This document shows, piece by piece, positions 1-15,453 of a stretch of DNA of 64,000 nucleotides. The first letter of the stretch is position 1; each line of letters opens with the position of its first letter. The position numbers and the translations under genes were made by a program. The notes below the pieces were generated by a model. It saw nothing but the letters and a program-made list of their open reading frames with translations. It ran no database searches and was not told where the DNA came from. Origin of the DNA: Eledone cirrhosa (lineage: Eukaryota); assembly GCA_964016885.1 (NCBI GenBank), contig OZ024741.1:38440001-38504000 (forward strand). The letters are read 5' to 3'.

Positions 1-540
1 ACCTTAATATTATTAAGAATAATATACTTGATCTATTTAAGCACCATAACCTAAAAATTGAATTTGAAAACAACGTCAAACTAGCTAACTTCCTGGATAT
101 ATCCCTTAATCTTGACACCGGCCTATATTACCCTTACCATAAAGGCAATGAGAATCTAAATTATGTTAATTTTAAATCTAACCACCCCATTAACGTTAAA
201 AATGCTATAGTCAGTAATGTTGAAAAAAGAATCTCAAATCTACCCTCTAATAAAGTTATCTTCGACGCTAATGCCAATTATTATAATAATACGCTTTCCA
301 AAGCCGGTTATCCTGACAAAATTAAATACAGTAAAGAAAACAATCATCGAAGGACTTATAGTAAAATAGTTAGTTATGAACATTCCAATAACTTAAATAA
401 AAGACCTAGATACAAAAATATGATTTGGTACAACGCTCATTTTTCTCTATCTATTACTAGTAATATTTCTAAACTATTTTTAGGACCTTAGATAAATGCT
501 TCCCTCCCTCGCATATCAATAGTAAGATCTTTAACAAACT
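1..540 (+). mobile_element. Penelope-like element, RT C-terminal/thumb fragment (runs off window start; interrupted by a SINE)
   Basis: Frame from nt 3 reads ...KLANFLDISLNLDTGLYYPYHKGNENLNYVNFKSNHP...EKRISNLPSNKVIF...AGYPDKIKY...MIWYNAHFS, then a frameshift to LDKCFPPSHINSKIFN. FLD, SNHP and IWxNxxFS are PLE RT motifs. From memory this resembles the Naiad rather than the Neptune type (unverified). Confidence 0.85.
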
Positions 541-722
541 TGGGGAGAAGGGAAAGTCGATTAAATAGACCCAGTCTGTTACTGGTACTCTATTTTATCG
601 ACCCCCGTAAGGATGAAAGGCAAATCTAACCTCGGCGGGATTAGAACGCAGAACTTAAAGGGCCGTAACTCTCTGTTACAAAGCATGTTGTCCGGCGCTT
701 AACCGATACTGCCAACCACCAC
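541..722 (-). mobile_element. tRNA-derived SINE, family A
   Basis: Reverse complement of the TGGCAGTATCGG A-box, B-box-like segment and GCCTTTCATCCTTACGGGGTCGATAAAATA core shared by about 25 copies in the window. Confidence 0.85.
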
Positions 723-1014
723 CCTTACCCTAATTATTAATAATAACAAAAGAATAGAAAAAATATATATATTTGCAATCAATCTATCCATCCGCTTGTC
801 CAGTTATTTCAGTATTTTAACCACCCAGTACCATCCCACCCGCCTCTGTAGACCGTCTCTTTTGTTGTATTTCTTATTCCTTATTTTATTTTCTGCAGTT
901 CCCATCTTTGTCATCAACTCTCAGCTTCGACTGTCACTATTTCTCCAATTTTCTTCTTTATATGTTTATGCCCCCCCCCCTCTCTCTGTCTCTCTCTCTA
1001 TATATATATATATA

Positions 1015-1211
1015 GGAACAAGTATGACCCCGACAGCAGAACTCAAGCCGTTTCGACGACTATTTCTGAACATTTTAGTCCAGAAATAGCCGTCGAAACG
1101 GCTTGAGCTCTGCCGTCGTGGTCATACTTGTTCCGATTACCCACTCTACTACCCTAAGTATTGAGTACTTTGGTGCGTTATGGTCCAGCTGGTTCCTTAC
1201 CACAATTCCTT

Positions 1212-1213
<2 letters not shown>
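1015..1213. repeat. Foldback element, copy 1 (54-bp arms 1015-1068/1081-1134 plus an ~80-bp tail), flanked by (TA)n
   Basis: Near-perfect inverted repeat; homologous copy at 18537-18731. Confidence 0.85.
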
Positions 1214-1255
<42 letters not shown>

Positions 1256-1376
1256 TTATATATATAATATAGGGCGACTGACTGAGGTGAAAGCAGCTAG
1301 TTGGTCAGTCGTCCTCTTGTGTTTGATTTTTTAGCCCCATGGATTTTATCTGTTATGTTCCTTTGTTATATTTCGA

Positions 1377-1434
1377 ATACCTGATGATATCACCGGATTC
1401 ATACGGAACCCGGTCATTGAAATGATCATAGTAT
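1377..1434 (+). ncRNA. Minimal type I hammerhead ribozyme (PLE pLTR type)
   Basis: ATAC-CTGATGA-[stem II ACCGG/CCGGT]-GAA-ATGATCAT (palindromic stem III)-A-GTAT, followed by AATAAA. Confidence 0.75.
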
Positions 1435-1630
1435 AATAAACCTTTCAAGGATTTACACCAGTCCAGCCTCCTGTTATTTTATAATAATTAACACCGTACT
1501 CGCACCACCAACTACACAAATGAAGACAGGTGAACTGCATTACGTTGAGTACTCTCCATAATATTACATCAAGATTTACCATACGGAATAACCAGCTCTA
1601 TCCAGTGGTGAACCAACAAACCTAAATAAA

Positions 1631-1684
<54 letters not shown>

Positions 1685-1778
1685 AATACTATCTAACCAC
1701 ATTTTTGCATATATATCTATGCTCACTACTCCCATTTTCTCCTTACCTCTCCTGTTTCTCTCGCTCACTCTCTCCCCT

Positions 1779-1826
<48 letters not shown>

Positions 1827-1830
1827 TCTT

Positions 1831-1867
<37 letters not shown>

Positions 1868-2286
1868 CTATCTTACCACCTATCTGCATATCTATCTATA
1901 CTCATTTCTCTCATTTTCTCCCTACCTCTCCTGTTTCTCTCCTCCTCTTCTTCAACCCATTATAAATATATCTGCAGGTGCCGACCAAAGTCTGTTATGT
2001 CTATAATAGTCTATGATAGGAAACTTCTGAAGCAAATCTGTTCAAATGAAGTTATTATTGGAATTCCCGCGAGACTGAGTTTTGCAGAAGCTAAGACAAC
2101 GCTGAGCATTTCACTGTTCTGTGATGACAGTTCAGTCACAGTCTGGGACTGCATGGTCGTATCAAAGAGAATCACTTGTCAGACATGTTTCCTTTTAATT
2201 GGCATGGAAAACAGAAATTATTGAGACTCAGGAATGAAGAAAATATTAAAACAACTCATCTTCCTAACATAGAAACACCAATGTGT

Positions 2287-2288
<2 letters not shown>

Positions 2289-2318
<30 letters not shown>

Positions 2319-2595
2319 TGTATGTATGTATGTATGTATGTATGTATGTATGTATGTATGTATGTATGTATGTATGTATTATGAATGTATGTATGTATTA
2401 TGAATGTATGTATGTGTGCATGTATGTATGTGTGTATGTATGTATGAATGAATGTATGCATGACTGTATGTATGTGTGCATGTATGTATGTATGTATGAA
2501 TATATGTATGTATGTGTGCATATATGTATGTATGTGTGCATGTATGTATGTGTGTGCATGTATGTATGTATTTATGTATGTATATATGTATGTAA
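2289..2595. repeat. (TATG)n microsatellite, degenerate
   Basis: Direct reading. Confidence 0.95.
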
Positions 2596-2599
2596 ATAT

Positions 2600-2885
2600 C
2601 ATCTTGGTTAAGAGAGTGGGACTGGCTTTGTACAGTGCCTTTGCTCACCATAAAAGCTTCACGGCACAGGCATTGCTTTATATCTGGAGATTTCTCTGCA
2701 CTTGTCGTCACATGGTACCATGGGCCCAGCACTATGTGTCAATAGTGGTCGCAAGTGTAGTGTTTGTACCAGAGTTTTCAAGTCGCTGGCTGGACTAAAA
2801 AGTTACACTCCTTCAGCGCATCGGTAGTGGTTCTCCTAGATGGATATAATGTAGTGGCCGTACTCGAAAACGAGTTGGCAGCCAC
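2600..2885 (-). mobile_element. Possible highly decayed LINE RT C-terminal fragment
   Basis: Minus frames give LVQTLHLRPLLTHSA and RNLQI*SNA, weakly like LYKxxIRPxLxYxxxxW...KLQxIQNxA. Confidence 0.25.
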
Positions 2886-3493
2886 CACCATATATGTATG
2901 TATGCTTATATATATATGCATGTATGCATTTATGCATGTATGTATGTATGTATGTATGTATGCATATATGTATTTATTTAGGTGTGCATGTATGTATGTA
3001 TGTGTGTTTGTATGCATGTAAGTGTATATATATGTACGTACGTATGCAAATGTGTATATGTATACATGTATGTATGCATGTATGTATGCATATGCATGCA
3101 TACACACACGGATATATGTATACATACATACACATATACATACATACATATATAAAGTCATACATTCTTACTTAAATACATACATAGATACATAATTAGG
3201 ACATTACAAATACAAACCATTAATGGAACTGTAAGAATATGTAGAGGATTCCAGAAATTTATCATATAATTGTATATATACATGTATAGATATATAAATA
3301 TATATTCATGCACATATTGAAAGATTGAAGAATAACATGGTCGGCTGTACAAAAAGGGTTTTATTCCTCGTATTAATAATTGTTTCATTGATCAAAGGCC
3401 ACTAATCAGTCGAAGTTGCGTCACTCGACCTTAAATACAGTGTGTGTCTCTGATAGATTCATCGAGCTCAAAACATAAAAAAGAAGTATATAG

Positions 3494-6400
3494 ACATCCA
3501 TAGCACAGCCATACACACATACACACACCCATACACTAATATATATAATGACATCCATACAGACAGACATACAGACATCCATACATCCATACAGTAGTAT
3601 ATATAATGACATCCATAGCACAGTCATACACACATCTACACATCCATACAATAGTATATATAATGACATCCATAGCACAGCCATACACACATCCATACAT
3701 CCATACAGTAGTATATATAATGACATCCATAGCACAGCCATACACACATCCATACATCCATACAATAGTCTATATAATGACATCCATAGCACAGTCATAC
3801 ACACATCCATACATCCATACAGTAGTATATATAATGACATCCATAGGACAGTCATACACACATCCATACATCCATACAGTAGTATATATAATGACATCCA
3901 AAGCACAGCCATACATACATCCATACATCCATACAGGAGTATATATAATGACATCCATAGCACAGCCATACACACATCCATACATCCATACAGTAGTATA
4001 TATAATGACATCCATAGCACAGCCATACACAAATCTACACATACATACAGTAGTATATATAATGACATCATAGCACAGACATACACACATCCTTACATCC
4101 ATACAGTAGTATATATAATGACATCATAGCACAGCCATACACACATCCATACATCCATACAGTAGTATATATAATGACATCCATAGCACAGCCATACACA
4201 CATCCATACATCCTTACAGTAGTATATAGAATGACATCCATAGCACAGTCATACACACATCCATACATCCATACAGTAGTATCTATATAATGAAATACAT
4301 AGCACAGTCATACACACATCTATACATCCATACAGTAGTATCTATAATGACGTCCATAGCACAGTCATACACACATCTATACATACATACAGTAGTATAT
4401 ATAATGACATCCATAGCACTGCCCTACACACATCTATACATCCATACAGTAGTCTATATAATGACATCCATAGCACTGTCATACACACATCCATACATCC
4501 ATACAGTAGTATATATAATGACATCCATACCACAGTCATACACACATCCATACATCCATACAGTAGTCTATATAATGACATCCATACCACAGCCATACAC
4601 ACATCTATACATCCATACAGTTGTATATATAATGACATCCATAGCACAGCCATACACACATCTATACATCCATACACTAGTATATAGAATGACATACATA
4701 GCACAGTCATACACACATATATACATCCATACAGTAGTATATATAATGACATCCATAGCACAGTCATACACACATCCATACATACATACAGTAGTATATA
4801 TAATGCCATCCATAGCACAGTCATACACACATCCATCCATACATACAGTAGTATATATAATGACATCCATAGCACAGTCATACATACATCTATACATCCA
4901 TACAGTAGTCTATATAATGACATCCATACCACAGCCATACACACATACATACATACATACATACAGTAGTATATAGAATGACATCCATAGCACAGTCATA
5001 CACACATCCTTACATCCATACAGTAGTATATATAATGACATCCATACCACAGCCATACACACATCCATACATCCATACAGTAGTCTATATAATGACATAC
5101 ATAGCACAGTCATACACACATCTATACATCCATACAGTAGTATATATAATGACATCCATACCACAGACATACACACATCTATACATCCATACAGTAGTAT
5201 ATATAATGACATACATAGCACAGTCATACACACATCCATACATCCATGCACTAGTATATATAATGACGTCCATAGCACAGTCATACGCACATGCATACAT
5301 CCATACAGTAGTATATATAATGACATCCATAGCACAGCCATACACACATCTATACATACATACAGTAGTATATATAATGACATCCATCGCACAGTCATAC
5401 ACACATCTATACATCCATACAGTAGTATATATAATGACATCCATACCACAGCCATACACACATCCATACATCCATACTGTAGTATATATAATGACATCCA
5501 TAGCACAGTCATACACACGTTTATACATCCATACAGCAGTATATATAATGACATCAATAGAACAGCCATACACACATCTATACATCCATACAGTAGTATA
5601 TATAATGACATCCATAGCACAGCCATACACACATCCATACATCCATAGACTAGTATATATAATGACATCCATACCACAGCCATACACACATCTATACATC
5701 CATAGAGTAGTATATATAATGACATCCATAGCACAGCCATACACACATCTATACATCCATACAGTAGTATATATAATGATATCCATAGCACAGCCATACA
5801 CACATCCATACATCCATACACTAGTATATATAATGACATCCATACCACAGCCATACACACATCTATACATCCATACAGTAGTATATATAATTACATCCAT
5901 CGCACAGCCATACACACATCTATACATCCATACAGTAGTATATATAATGACATCCATACCACAGTCATACACACATCAATACCTCCATACAGTAGTATAT
6001 ATAATGACATCCATAGCACAGTCATACACACATCCATACATCCATACAGTAGTATATATAATTACATCCATAGCACTGTTATACACACATCCATACATCC
6101 ATACAGTAGTATATATAAAGACATCCATAGCACTGCCATACACACATCCACACATCCATACAGTAGTATATATAATGACATCCATAGCACTGTTATACAC
6201 ACATACATACATCCATACTGTAGTATATATAATGACATCCATAGCACAGTCATACACACATCCATACATACTGTAGTATATATAATGACATCCATAGCAC
6301 AGTCATACACACATCCATACATCCATACAGTAGTATATATAATGACATCCATAGCACAGCCATACACACATCTATACATCCATACAGTAGTATATATAAT

Positions 6401-9400
6401 GACATCCATAGCACAGCCATACCCACATCTATACATCCATACAGTAGTCTATATAATGACATCCATAGCACAGCCATACACACATCTATACATCCATACA
6501 GTAGTATATATAATGACATCCATAGCACAGTCATACACACATCCATACATACATACAGTAGTATATATAATGACATCCATACCACAGTCATACACACATC
6601 CATACATCCATACAGTAGTATATATAATGACATCCATAGCACAGTCATACACACATCCATACATCCATACTGTAGTATATATAATGACATCCATAGCACA
6701 GCCATACACACATCCATACATCCATATAGTAGTATATATAATGACATCCATAGCACAGCCATACACACATCCATATATCTATACATCCATATAGTAATAT
6801 ATATAATGACATCCATACCACAGCCATACACACATCAATACATACATACAGTAGTCTATATAATGACATCCATAGCACAGCCATACACACATCTATACAT
6901 CCATACAGTAGTTTATATAATGACGTCCATAGCACAGCCATACACACATCCATACATCCATACAGTAGTCTATATAATGACATCCATAGCACAGACATAC
7001 ACTCATCCGTACGTCCATACTGTAGTATATATAATGACATCCATAGCACATCCATACACACATGCATACATCCATACAGTAGTATATATAATGACATCCA
7101 TAGCACAGCCATACACACATCCATACATCCATACATCCATACACTATTAAATATAATGACATCCATAGCACAGCCATACACACATCCATACATCCATACA
7201 GTAGTATATATAATGACATCCGTACCACAGTCATACACACATCTATACATCGATACAGTAGTATATATAATGACATCCATAGCACAGCCATACACACATC
7301 CATACATACATACAGTAGTATATATAATGACATCCATAGCACAGCCATACACACATCCATACATCCATACAGTAGTATATATAATGACATCCATAGCACA
7401 GTCATACACACATCCATACATCCATAAAGTAGTATATATAATGACATCCATAGCACAGCCATACACACATCTTTACATCCATACAGTAGTCTATATAATG
7501 ACATCCATAGCACAGACATACACACATCCATACATCCATACTGTAGTATATATAATGACATCCATAGCACATCCATACACACATCCATACATCCATACAG
7601 TAGTATATATAATGACATCCATAGCACAGTCATACACACATCCATACATCCATACAGTAGTATATATAATGACATCCATAGCACAGCCATACACACATCT
7701 TTAGATCCATACAGTAGTATATAGAATGACATCCATAGCACAGCCATACACACATCCATACATCAATACAGTAGTCTATATAATGACATCCATACCACAG
7801 CCATACACACATCTATACATCGATACAGTAGTATATATAATGACATCCATAGCACAGCCATACACACATACATACATACATACAGTAGTATATATAATGG
7901 CATCCATAGCACAGCCATACACACATCTATACATCCATACAGTAGTATATATAATGCCATACATAGCTCAGTCATACACACAGCTATACATCCATACAGT
8001 AGTATATATAATGACATCATAGCACAGCCATACACACATCCTTACATCCATACAGTAGTATATATAATGACATCCATAGCACAGCCATAAACACATCCAT
8101 ACATCCATACAGTAGTATATATAATGACATCCATACCACAGCCATACACACATCCATACATCCATACAGTAGTATATATAATGACATCCATACCACAGTC
8201 ATACACACATCTATACATCCATACAGTAGTATATATAATGACATCCATAGCACAGTCATACACACATCCACACATCCATACACTAATGTATATAATGACG
8301 TCCATAGCACTGCCATACACACATCTATACATCCATACAGTAGTATATATAATGACATCCATAGCACAGCCATACACACATCTATATATCCATACAGTAG
8401 TATATATAATGACATCCATAGCACAGTCATACACACATCCACACATCCATACAGTAGTATATATAATGACATACATAGCACAGTCATACACACATCTATA
8501 CATCCATATAGTAGTATATATAATGACATCCATACCACAGTCATACACAAATCTATACATACATACAGTAGTATATATAATGACATCCATAGCACAGTCA
8601 TACACACATCCACACATCCATACACCCATCCATACATCCATAAAGTCGTATATATAATGACATCCATAGCACAGTCTTACACACATACATACATCCATAC
8701 AGTAGTATATATAATGACATCCATACCACAGTCATACACACATCCATACATCCATACAGTAGTATATATAATGACATCCATACCACAGTTATACACACAT
8801 CTATACATACATACAGTAGTATATATAATGAAATCCATACCACAGCCATACACACATCCATACATCCATACACTAGTATATATAATGACATCATAGCACA
8901 GCCATACACACATCTATACATCCATACTGTAGTATATATAATGACATCCATAGCACAGCCATACACACATCTATACATCCATACAGTAGTATATATAATG
9001 ACATCCATACCACAGTCATACACACATCTATACATCCATACAGTAGTATATAGAATGACATCCATAGCACAGTCATACACACATCCACACATCCATACAC
9101 TAGTGTATATAATGACGTCCATAGCACAGCCATACACACATCTATACATCTATACAGTAGTATATATAATGACATCCATAGCACAGTCATACACACATCC
9201 ACACATCCATACAGTAGTATATATAATGACATACATAGCACAGCCATACACACATCCATACATCCATACAGTAGTATATATAATGACATCCATACCACAG
9301 TCATACGCACATCTATACATCCCTACAGTAGTATATATAATGACATCCATAGCACAGCCATACACACATCTATACATCCATACAGTAGTATATATAATGA

Positions 9401-12290
9401 CATCCATAGCACAGCCATACACACATCTATACATCCATACAGTAGTATATATAATGATATCCATAGCACAGCCATACACACATCTATACATCCATACAGT
9501 AGTATATATAATGACATCCATAGCACAGTCATACACACATCTATACATCCATACAGTAGTATATATAATGACATCCATAGCAGAGCCATACACACATCCA
9601 TACATACATACAGTAGTATATATAATGACATCCATACCACAGCCATACACTCGTCTATAGATCCATACAGTAGTATATATAATGACATCCATAGCACAGT
9701 CATACACACATCTATACATCCATACAATAGTATATATAATGCCATCCATACCACAGTCATACACACATCCATACATACATACAGTAGTATATATAATGAC
9801 ATCCATAGCACAGCCATACACACAGCTACACATCCATACAGTAGTATATATAATGACATCCATAGCACAGCCATACAAGCATCTATACATCCATACAGTA
9901 GTATATATAATGACATCCATAGTACAGCCATACACACATCTATACATCCATACTGTAGTATATATAATGACATCCATAGCACAGCCATACACACATCTAT
10001 ACATCCATACAGTAGTATATATAATGACATCCATAGCACAGCCATACACACATCCATACATCCATACAGTAGTATATATAATGACATCACATCACAATCA
10101 TACACACATCTATACATCCATACACTAGTATATATAATGACATCCATAGCACAGTCATACACACATCCATACATCCATACTGTAGTATATATATAATGAC
10201 ATCCATACCACAGCCATACACCCATCCATACATCCAGAAAGTGGTATATATAATGACATCCATAGCACAGCCATACACACATCCATACATACATACAGAA
10301 GTATATAGAATGACATTCATAGCACAGTCATACACACATCTATACATCCATACAGTAGTATATATAATGACTCCCATAGCACAGCCATACACACATCTAT
10401 ACATCCATACTGTAGTATATATAATGACATCCATAGCACAGCCATACACACATCCGTACATCCATACAGTAGTATATATAATGACATCCATAGCACAGCC
10501 ATAAACACATCTATACATCCATACAGTAGTATATATAATGACATCCATAGCACAGTCATACATACATACATACATACATCCATACTGTAGTATATATAAT
10601 GACACCCATAGCACAGGCATACACACATCTATACATCCATACTGTAGTATATATAATGACTTCCATAACACAGCCATACACTCATCTATACATCCATACA
10701 GTAGTATATATAATGACATCCATAGCACAGTCATACACACATACATACATCCATACAGTAGTATATATAATGACATCCATACCACAGTCATACACACATC
10801 TATACATCCATACAGTAGTATATATAATGACACCCATAGCACAGCCATACACACATTTATACATCCATACAGTAGTCTATATAATGACATCCATAGTACA
10901 GCCATACACACATCCATACATCTATACAGTAGTATATATAATGACATCCATAGCACAGCCATACACACATTTATACATCCATACACTAGTATATATAATG
11001 ACATCCATAGCACACTCATACACACATCTATACATCCATACAGTAGTAGATATAATGACATCCATAGCACAGCCATACACACATTTATACATCCATACAC
11101 TAGTATATATAATGACATCCATAGCACAGTCATACACACATCTATACATCCATACAGTAGTATATATAATGACATCCATAGCACAGCCATACACACATCA
11201 ATACCTCCATACAGTAGTATATATAACGACATCCATACCACAGTCATACACACATCTATACATCCATACAGTAGTATATATAATGACATCCATAGCACAG
11301 TCATACACACATCCATACATCCATACTGTAGTATATATAATGACATCCAAAGCACAGCCATACACATATCCATACATCCATACAGTAGTATATATAATGA
11401 CATCCATAGCACAGTCATACACACATCTATACATCCATACAGTAGTATATATAATGACATCCATAGCACAGCCATACACACATCCATACATCCATACAGT
11501 AGTATATATAATGACATCCATAGCACAGTCATACACACATCTATACATCCATACAGTAGTATATATAATGACATCCATAGCACAGTCATACACACATCTA
11601 TACATCCATACTGTAGTATATATAATGACATCCATAGAACAGTCATACACACATCTATACATCCATACTGTAGTATATATAATGACATCCATACCACAGT
11701 CATACACACATCTATACCTCCATACAGTAGTCTATATAATGACATCCATAGCACAGTCATACACACATCTATACATCCATACAGTAGTATATATAATGAC
11801 ATCCATACCACAGCCATACACACATCTATACATCCATACAGTAGTATATATAATGACATCCATAGCACAGCTATACACACATCTATACATCCATACAGTA
11901 GTCTATATAATGACATCCATACCACAGGCATACACACATCTATACATCCATACACTAGTATATATAATGACATCCATAGCACAGCCATACACACATCCAT
12001 ACATCCATACAGTAGTATATATAATGACATCCATAGCACAGTCATACACACATCCATACATCCATACTGTAGTATATATAATGACATCCAAAGCACAGCC
12101 ATACACATATCCATACATCCATACAGTAGTCTATATAATGACATCCATAGCACAGTCATACACACATCTATACATCCATACAGTAGTATATATAATGACA
12201 TCCATAGCACAGCCATACACACATCCATACATCCATACAGTAGTATATATAATGACATCCATAGCACTGCCATACACACATCCACACATA
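3494..12290. repeat. 57-bp minisatellite array, about 154 copies
   Basis: Consensus ATGACATCCATAGCACAGCCATACACACATCCATACATCCATACAGTAGTATATATA (57 nt = 19 codons), which explains the periodic MTSIAQPYTHPYIHTVVYI ORFs. Confidence 0.98.
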
Positions 12291-12597
12291 TAGACAGAGA
12301 CATTTACCATTTTGTCTAACTTCCCATGAAGTCTTCTTCTTACGTTTGAAAATAATTCTCTCTCCATTGATGAAAATATTAAAAAATAAAACCAAAAGAA
12401 CATACATAATAATTGTTTCTACTTTTGGCACAAGGCCAGCAATTAAATCTTTTACGATTAAGGTAATTATCGTCCGGCGACATTTTAGTCGCTCTCTCGA
12501 CATACAAGAGATGCCGGGTTCGATTCCCCGCAGGCATTTCTGTCCCTTTTCCGTCTCTATTAATGTACCTGATTGATTAAAGCTATTATTTATACTT

Positions 12598-12785
12598 TGG
12601 TTTGGCAGTATCGGTAGAGGGTCAGACGTCATGCTTTGCAAGCAAAGAGTTACAGCCGTTTATTTTCTGAGTTGAAATCCCACCGAGGTTAACTTTGCCT
12701 TTCATCCTTATGGGGTCGATAAAATAAAGTACCAGTAATGCACTGGGATAATTGCTGGCCTTGTGCCAAAAGTAGAAACAGTTAT
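12598..12785 (+). mobile_element. SINE family A
   Basis: A-box, B-box-like GAGTTGAAATCC, core and GTAGAAACA tail. Confidence 0.9.
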
Positions 12786-12875
12786 AGTTCTCTGCATTGA
12801 GGAGGCTAAATTTTCAAATATCCTCTTTCCTCGTGGCTTTCTGCTTCAGCAAATATAAGTATTGTAGTTAGATAA

Positions 12876-13080
12876 TGATTTCTAGTATAGGTACAAGGCG
12901 GATTTGGAGGGTTGGGAAAGTCGATTAAATCGACCTCAATACGTTACTGGTGCTTTATTTTATCGACCCCGTAAGGATGAAATGCAAAGTTAACCTCGGT
13001 GGGATTTGAACTCATACCATAAAGGGCCCTAATTCTATGCTGCAAAGCATGGCGTCAGACCCTCTACCCATACTGCCAAT
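12876..13080 (-). mobile_element. SINE family A
   Basis: Reverse-complement match to the family consensus. Confidence 0.9.
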
Positions 13081-13489
13081 ACATAATAATGGCATTTTGG
13101 CTTTATTATACAGAAACTCCGTAACAGGATGGCTGCAGCTTGATAACGACTGTCTTCCTCATTTTGGTGACTGTTGCGGTCCGGCTACGTATACCGAGTT
13201 TGAGAAGATGGGTGGTCCGCGTTTGGTTAACCGAATTTGGAATTTGGAGAGTGAGTGAGATTTGGTTTGACAGGAGTCAGGGGTACAGTTTGGCCTTTAG
13301 TTTAGGGTGTTTGGTGAGTGTTAGTGGAGCAATGACGGTCTTATTTACGTATATATTTGTGTGTGTTGGACTTTCAGCGACGTGTGTTCCAGCTGTTCGA
13401 CAACAGAGTAACCTGCAGGTGAGGTTAATGCGCATGGAATTGAGCATTTCATAGACACTTGTATCCTTAACATACTTCTCAGGGAGATT

Positions 13490-13672
13490 CGGCGAACACA
13501 GTGTATGACATGACTAACTCTGTGAATTAGAGGTACAACTAGTTTTTATCAACTGAGCTGGCAGGAACAAATTGGAATAAAGTGCTTAAGGACGTAACGC
13601 ACCGCCGGAAATCAAACTCGCGACCGTACTGTCGTTTGTGAAAGACCTAATCAGACAGCCAGGCGCATTCAC
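13490..13672 (-). mobile_element. SINE family B, degenerate
   Basis: Reverse complement resembles the tRNA head plus GCGTTACGTCCTTAAGCACTTTATT segment seen at 41541 and 43001. Confidence 0.55.
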
Positions 13673-13914
13673 ATTTATACATACATATACACATGCAAAC
13701 ATACGTGCATACATACATACATACATACATATATGCATACATACATGCAAAAATACAGGCACATATCCATACATACATACATACATATAAACAAACCTTT
13801 TACCAAAATGCTAAGTACTGCGTTCGTACTCGGGGAACATATGATTACGAAGCGAATCTTTTCAACCACTTGGGCATGCCTGCATCATTAAATATTTATA
13901 TCTATATACTGTAT

Positions 13915-14377
<463 letters not shown>

Positions 14378-14729
14378 CTGCTTTGAGGTTTTACATATTG
14401 TTTCATATTTCATGCATTCGCAACTGACTCACAAACTGCACCCAATGTGTATATGACGGCTACTTCAAAGTAAGGCCGCAACCTTACATCAAAAAGGTAT
14501 CTCAGTTAATATGCGTAGTCTAATGCTTGTGTTTCATTGATATGCACCTAAGTATCTTATAATATAACTCTATTCTGGTGCATTCACATACACATGCATT
14601 CACAAGTGTGCAAACAACAAAACAAATGTGCATACACACTATAACACCCTCACACATGTTCATATATCAATATCCATATAGATTACTTCACTTAATGTGT
14701 CTCGACTCTATTATATAGATGCTTTCCAG

Positions 14730-15110
14730 GAAGCAAATCAGAACGTTGAAAGCCTTCCACATTCGATGTATGCAGTGTATCTTTGGAATCTCTTGAAAAG
14801 ACAAAAATATTCATACTGAAATCTTTAGGTGCGCTCAATCCATTAGCATTGAAGTACCAACTACGTTGGACTGGGTAAGTAATCGGTTTAGATGAATCCT
14901 GAATACCAAGAATAGCGTTTTAAGGTGAGTTACCTGCGGAATTTCCTCAACGTTGTAGTCCCAAGAAGCGTTGGAAAGACCAATTGAAGGGCACCTTAAC
15001 TATCTGTGAAGGAGTCGCTGTGGACCGAAAAATGATATAGCTGTATATGATAGTATGCAATAGTTCGAACGTGAATGCCCTAAGCGAAGGCAGCCCGTCA
15101 CCATTGACGA
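14730..15110 (+). mobile_element. RTE-clade LINE 3' ORF remnant
   Basis: Translates with stops as IRTLKAFHIRCMQCIFGIS*KDK...LRWTG*VIGLDES*IPRIAF*GEL...PKKRWKDQLK, the typical RTE C-terminus. Confidence 0.75.
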
Positions 15111-15261
15111 ATTCAGTCACCTATAAGAATGTAGGTTTTTTATCTACTTCCGGCTTGTCCTGTATCTCTCTCTTAGAGGCGTGATCAAGATATCTGACGG
15201 AGTGCAGCAACGTCATCATCGAATCATCATAAATCGATTGACGGCCAATCACTATATCTTA

Positions 15262-15334
<73 letters not shown>

Positions 15335-15453
15335 GATGTCACATAAAATTATATGTGTACTTGTTATAGCTTAATTGATATAAGTTAATATTTTGTCTTG
15401 TTTGTTAATCCACTGAACAGTGCTTTAGCTTGAGTCAGACGCTGTGACCCCAA

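Larger units (their letters stand above)
12443..13080. repeat. Left arm of a composite inverted duplication (partner 16722-17212)
   Basis: 12443-12597 and 12783-13080 are reverse complements of 17045-17212 and 16735-17031. Includes a tRNA-like B-box GGTTCGATTCC near 12517. Confidence 0.85.

Noticed and set aside
3494-12290. CRISPR array or long repeat-protein gene (ORFs of 300-738 aa)
   Set aside because: Units are contiguous with no unique spacers and there are no cas genes. ORFs arise because 57 is divisible by 3, appear on both strands and are broken by indels.
12470-12540. Functional tRNA genes (also 34468-34545 and the SINE heads)
   Set aside because: B-boxes are present but the cloverleaf stems are broken and embedded in repeats.
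13172-13405. Solo LTR (TGTTG...CAACA)
   Set aside because: No target-site duplication and no second copy in the window.
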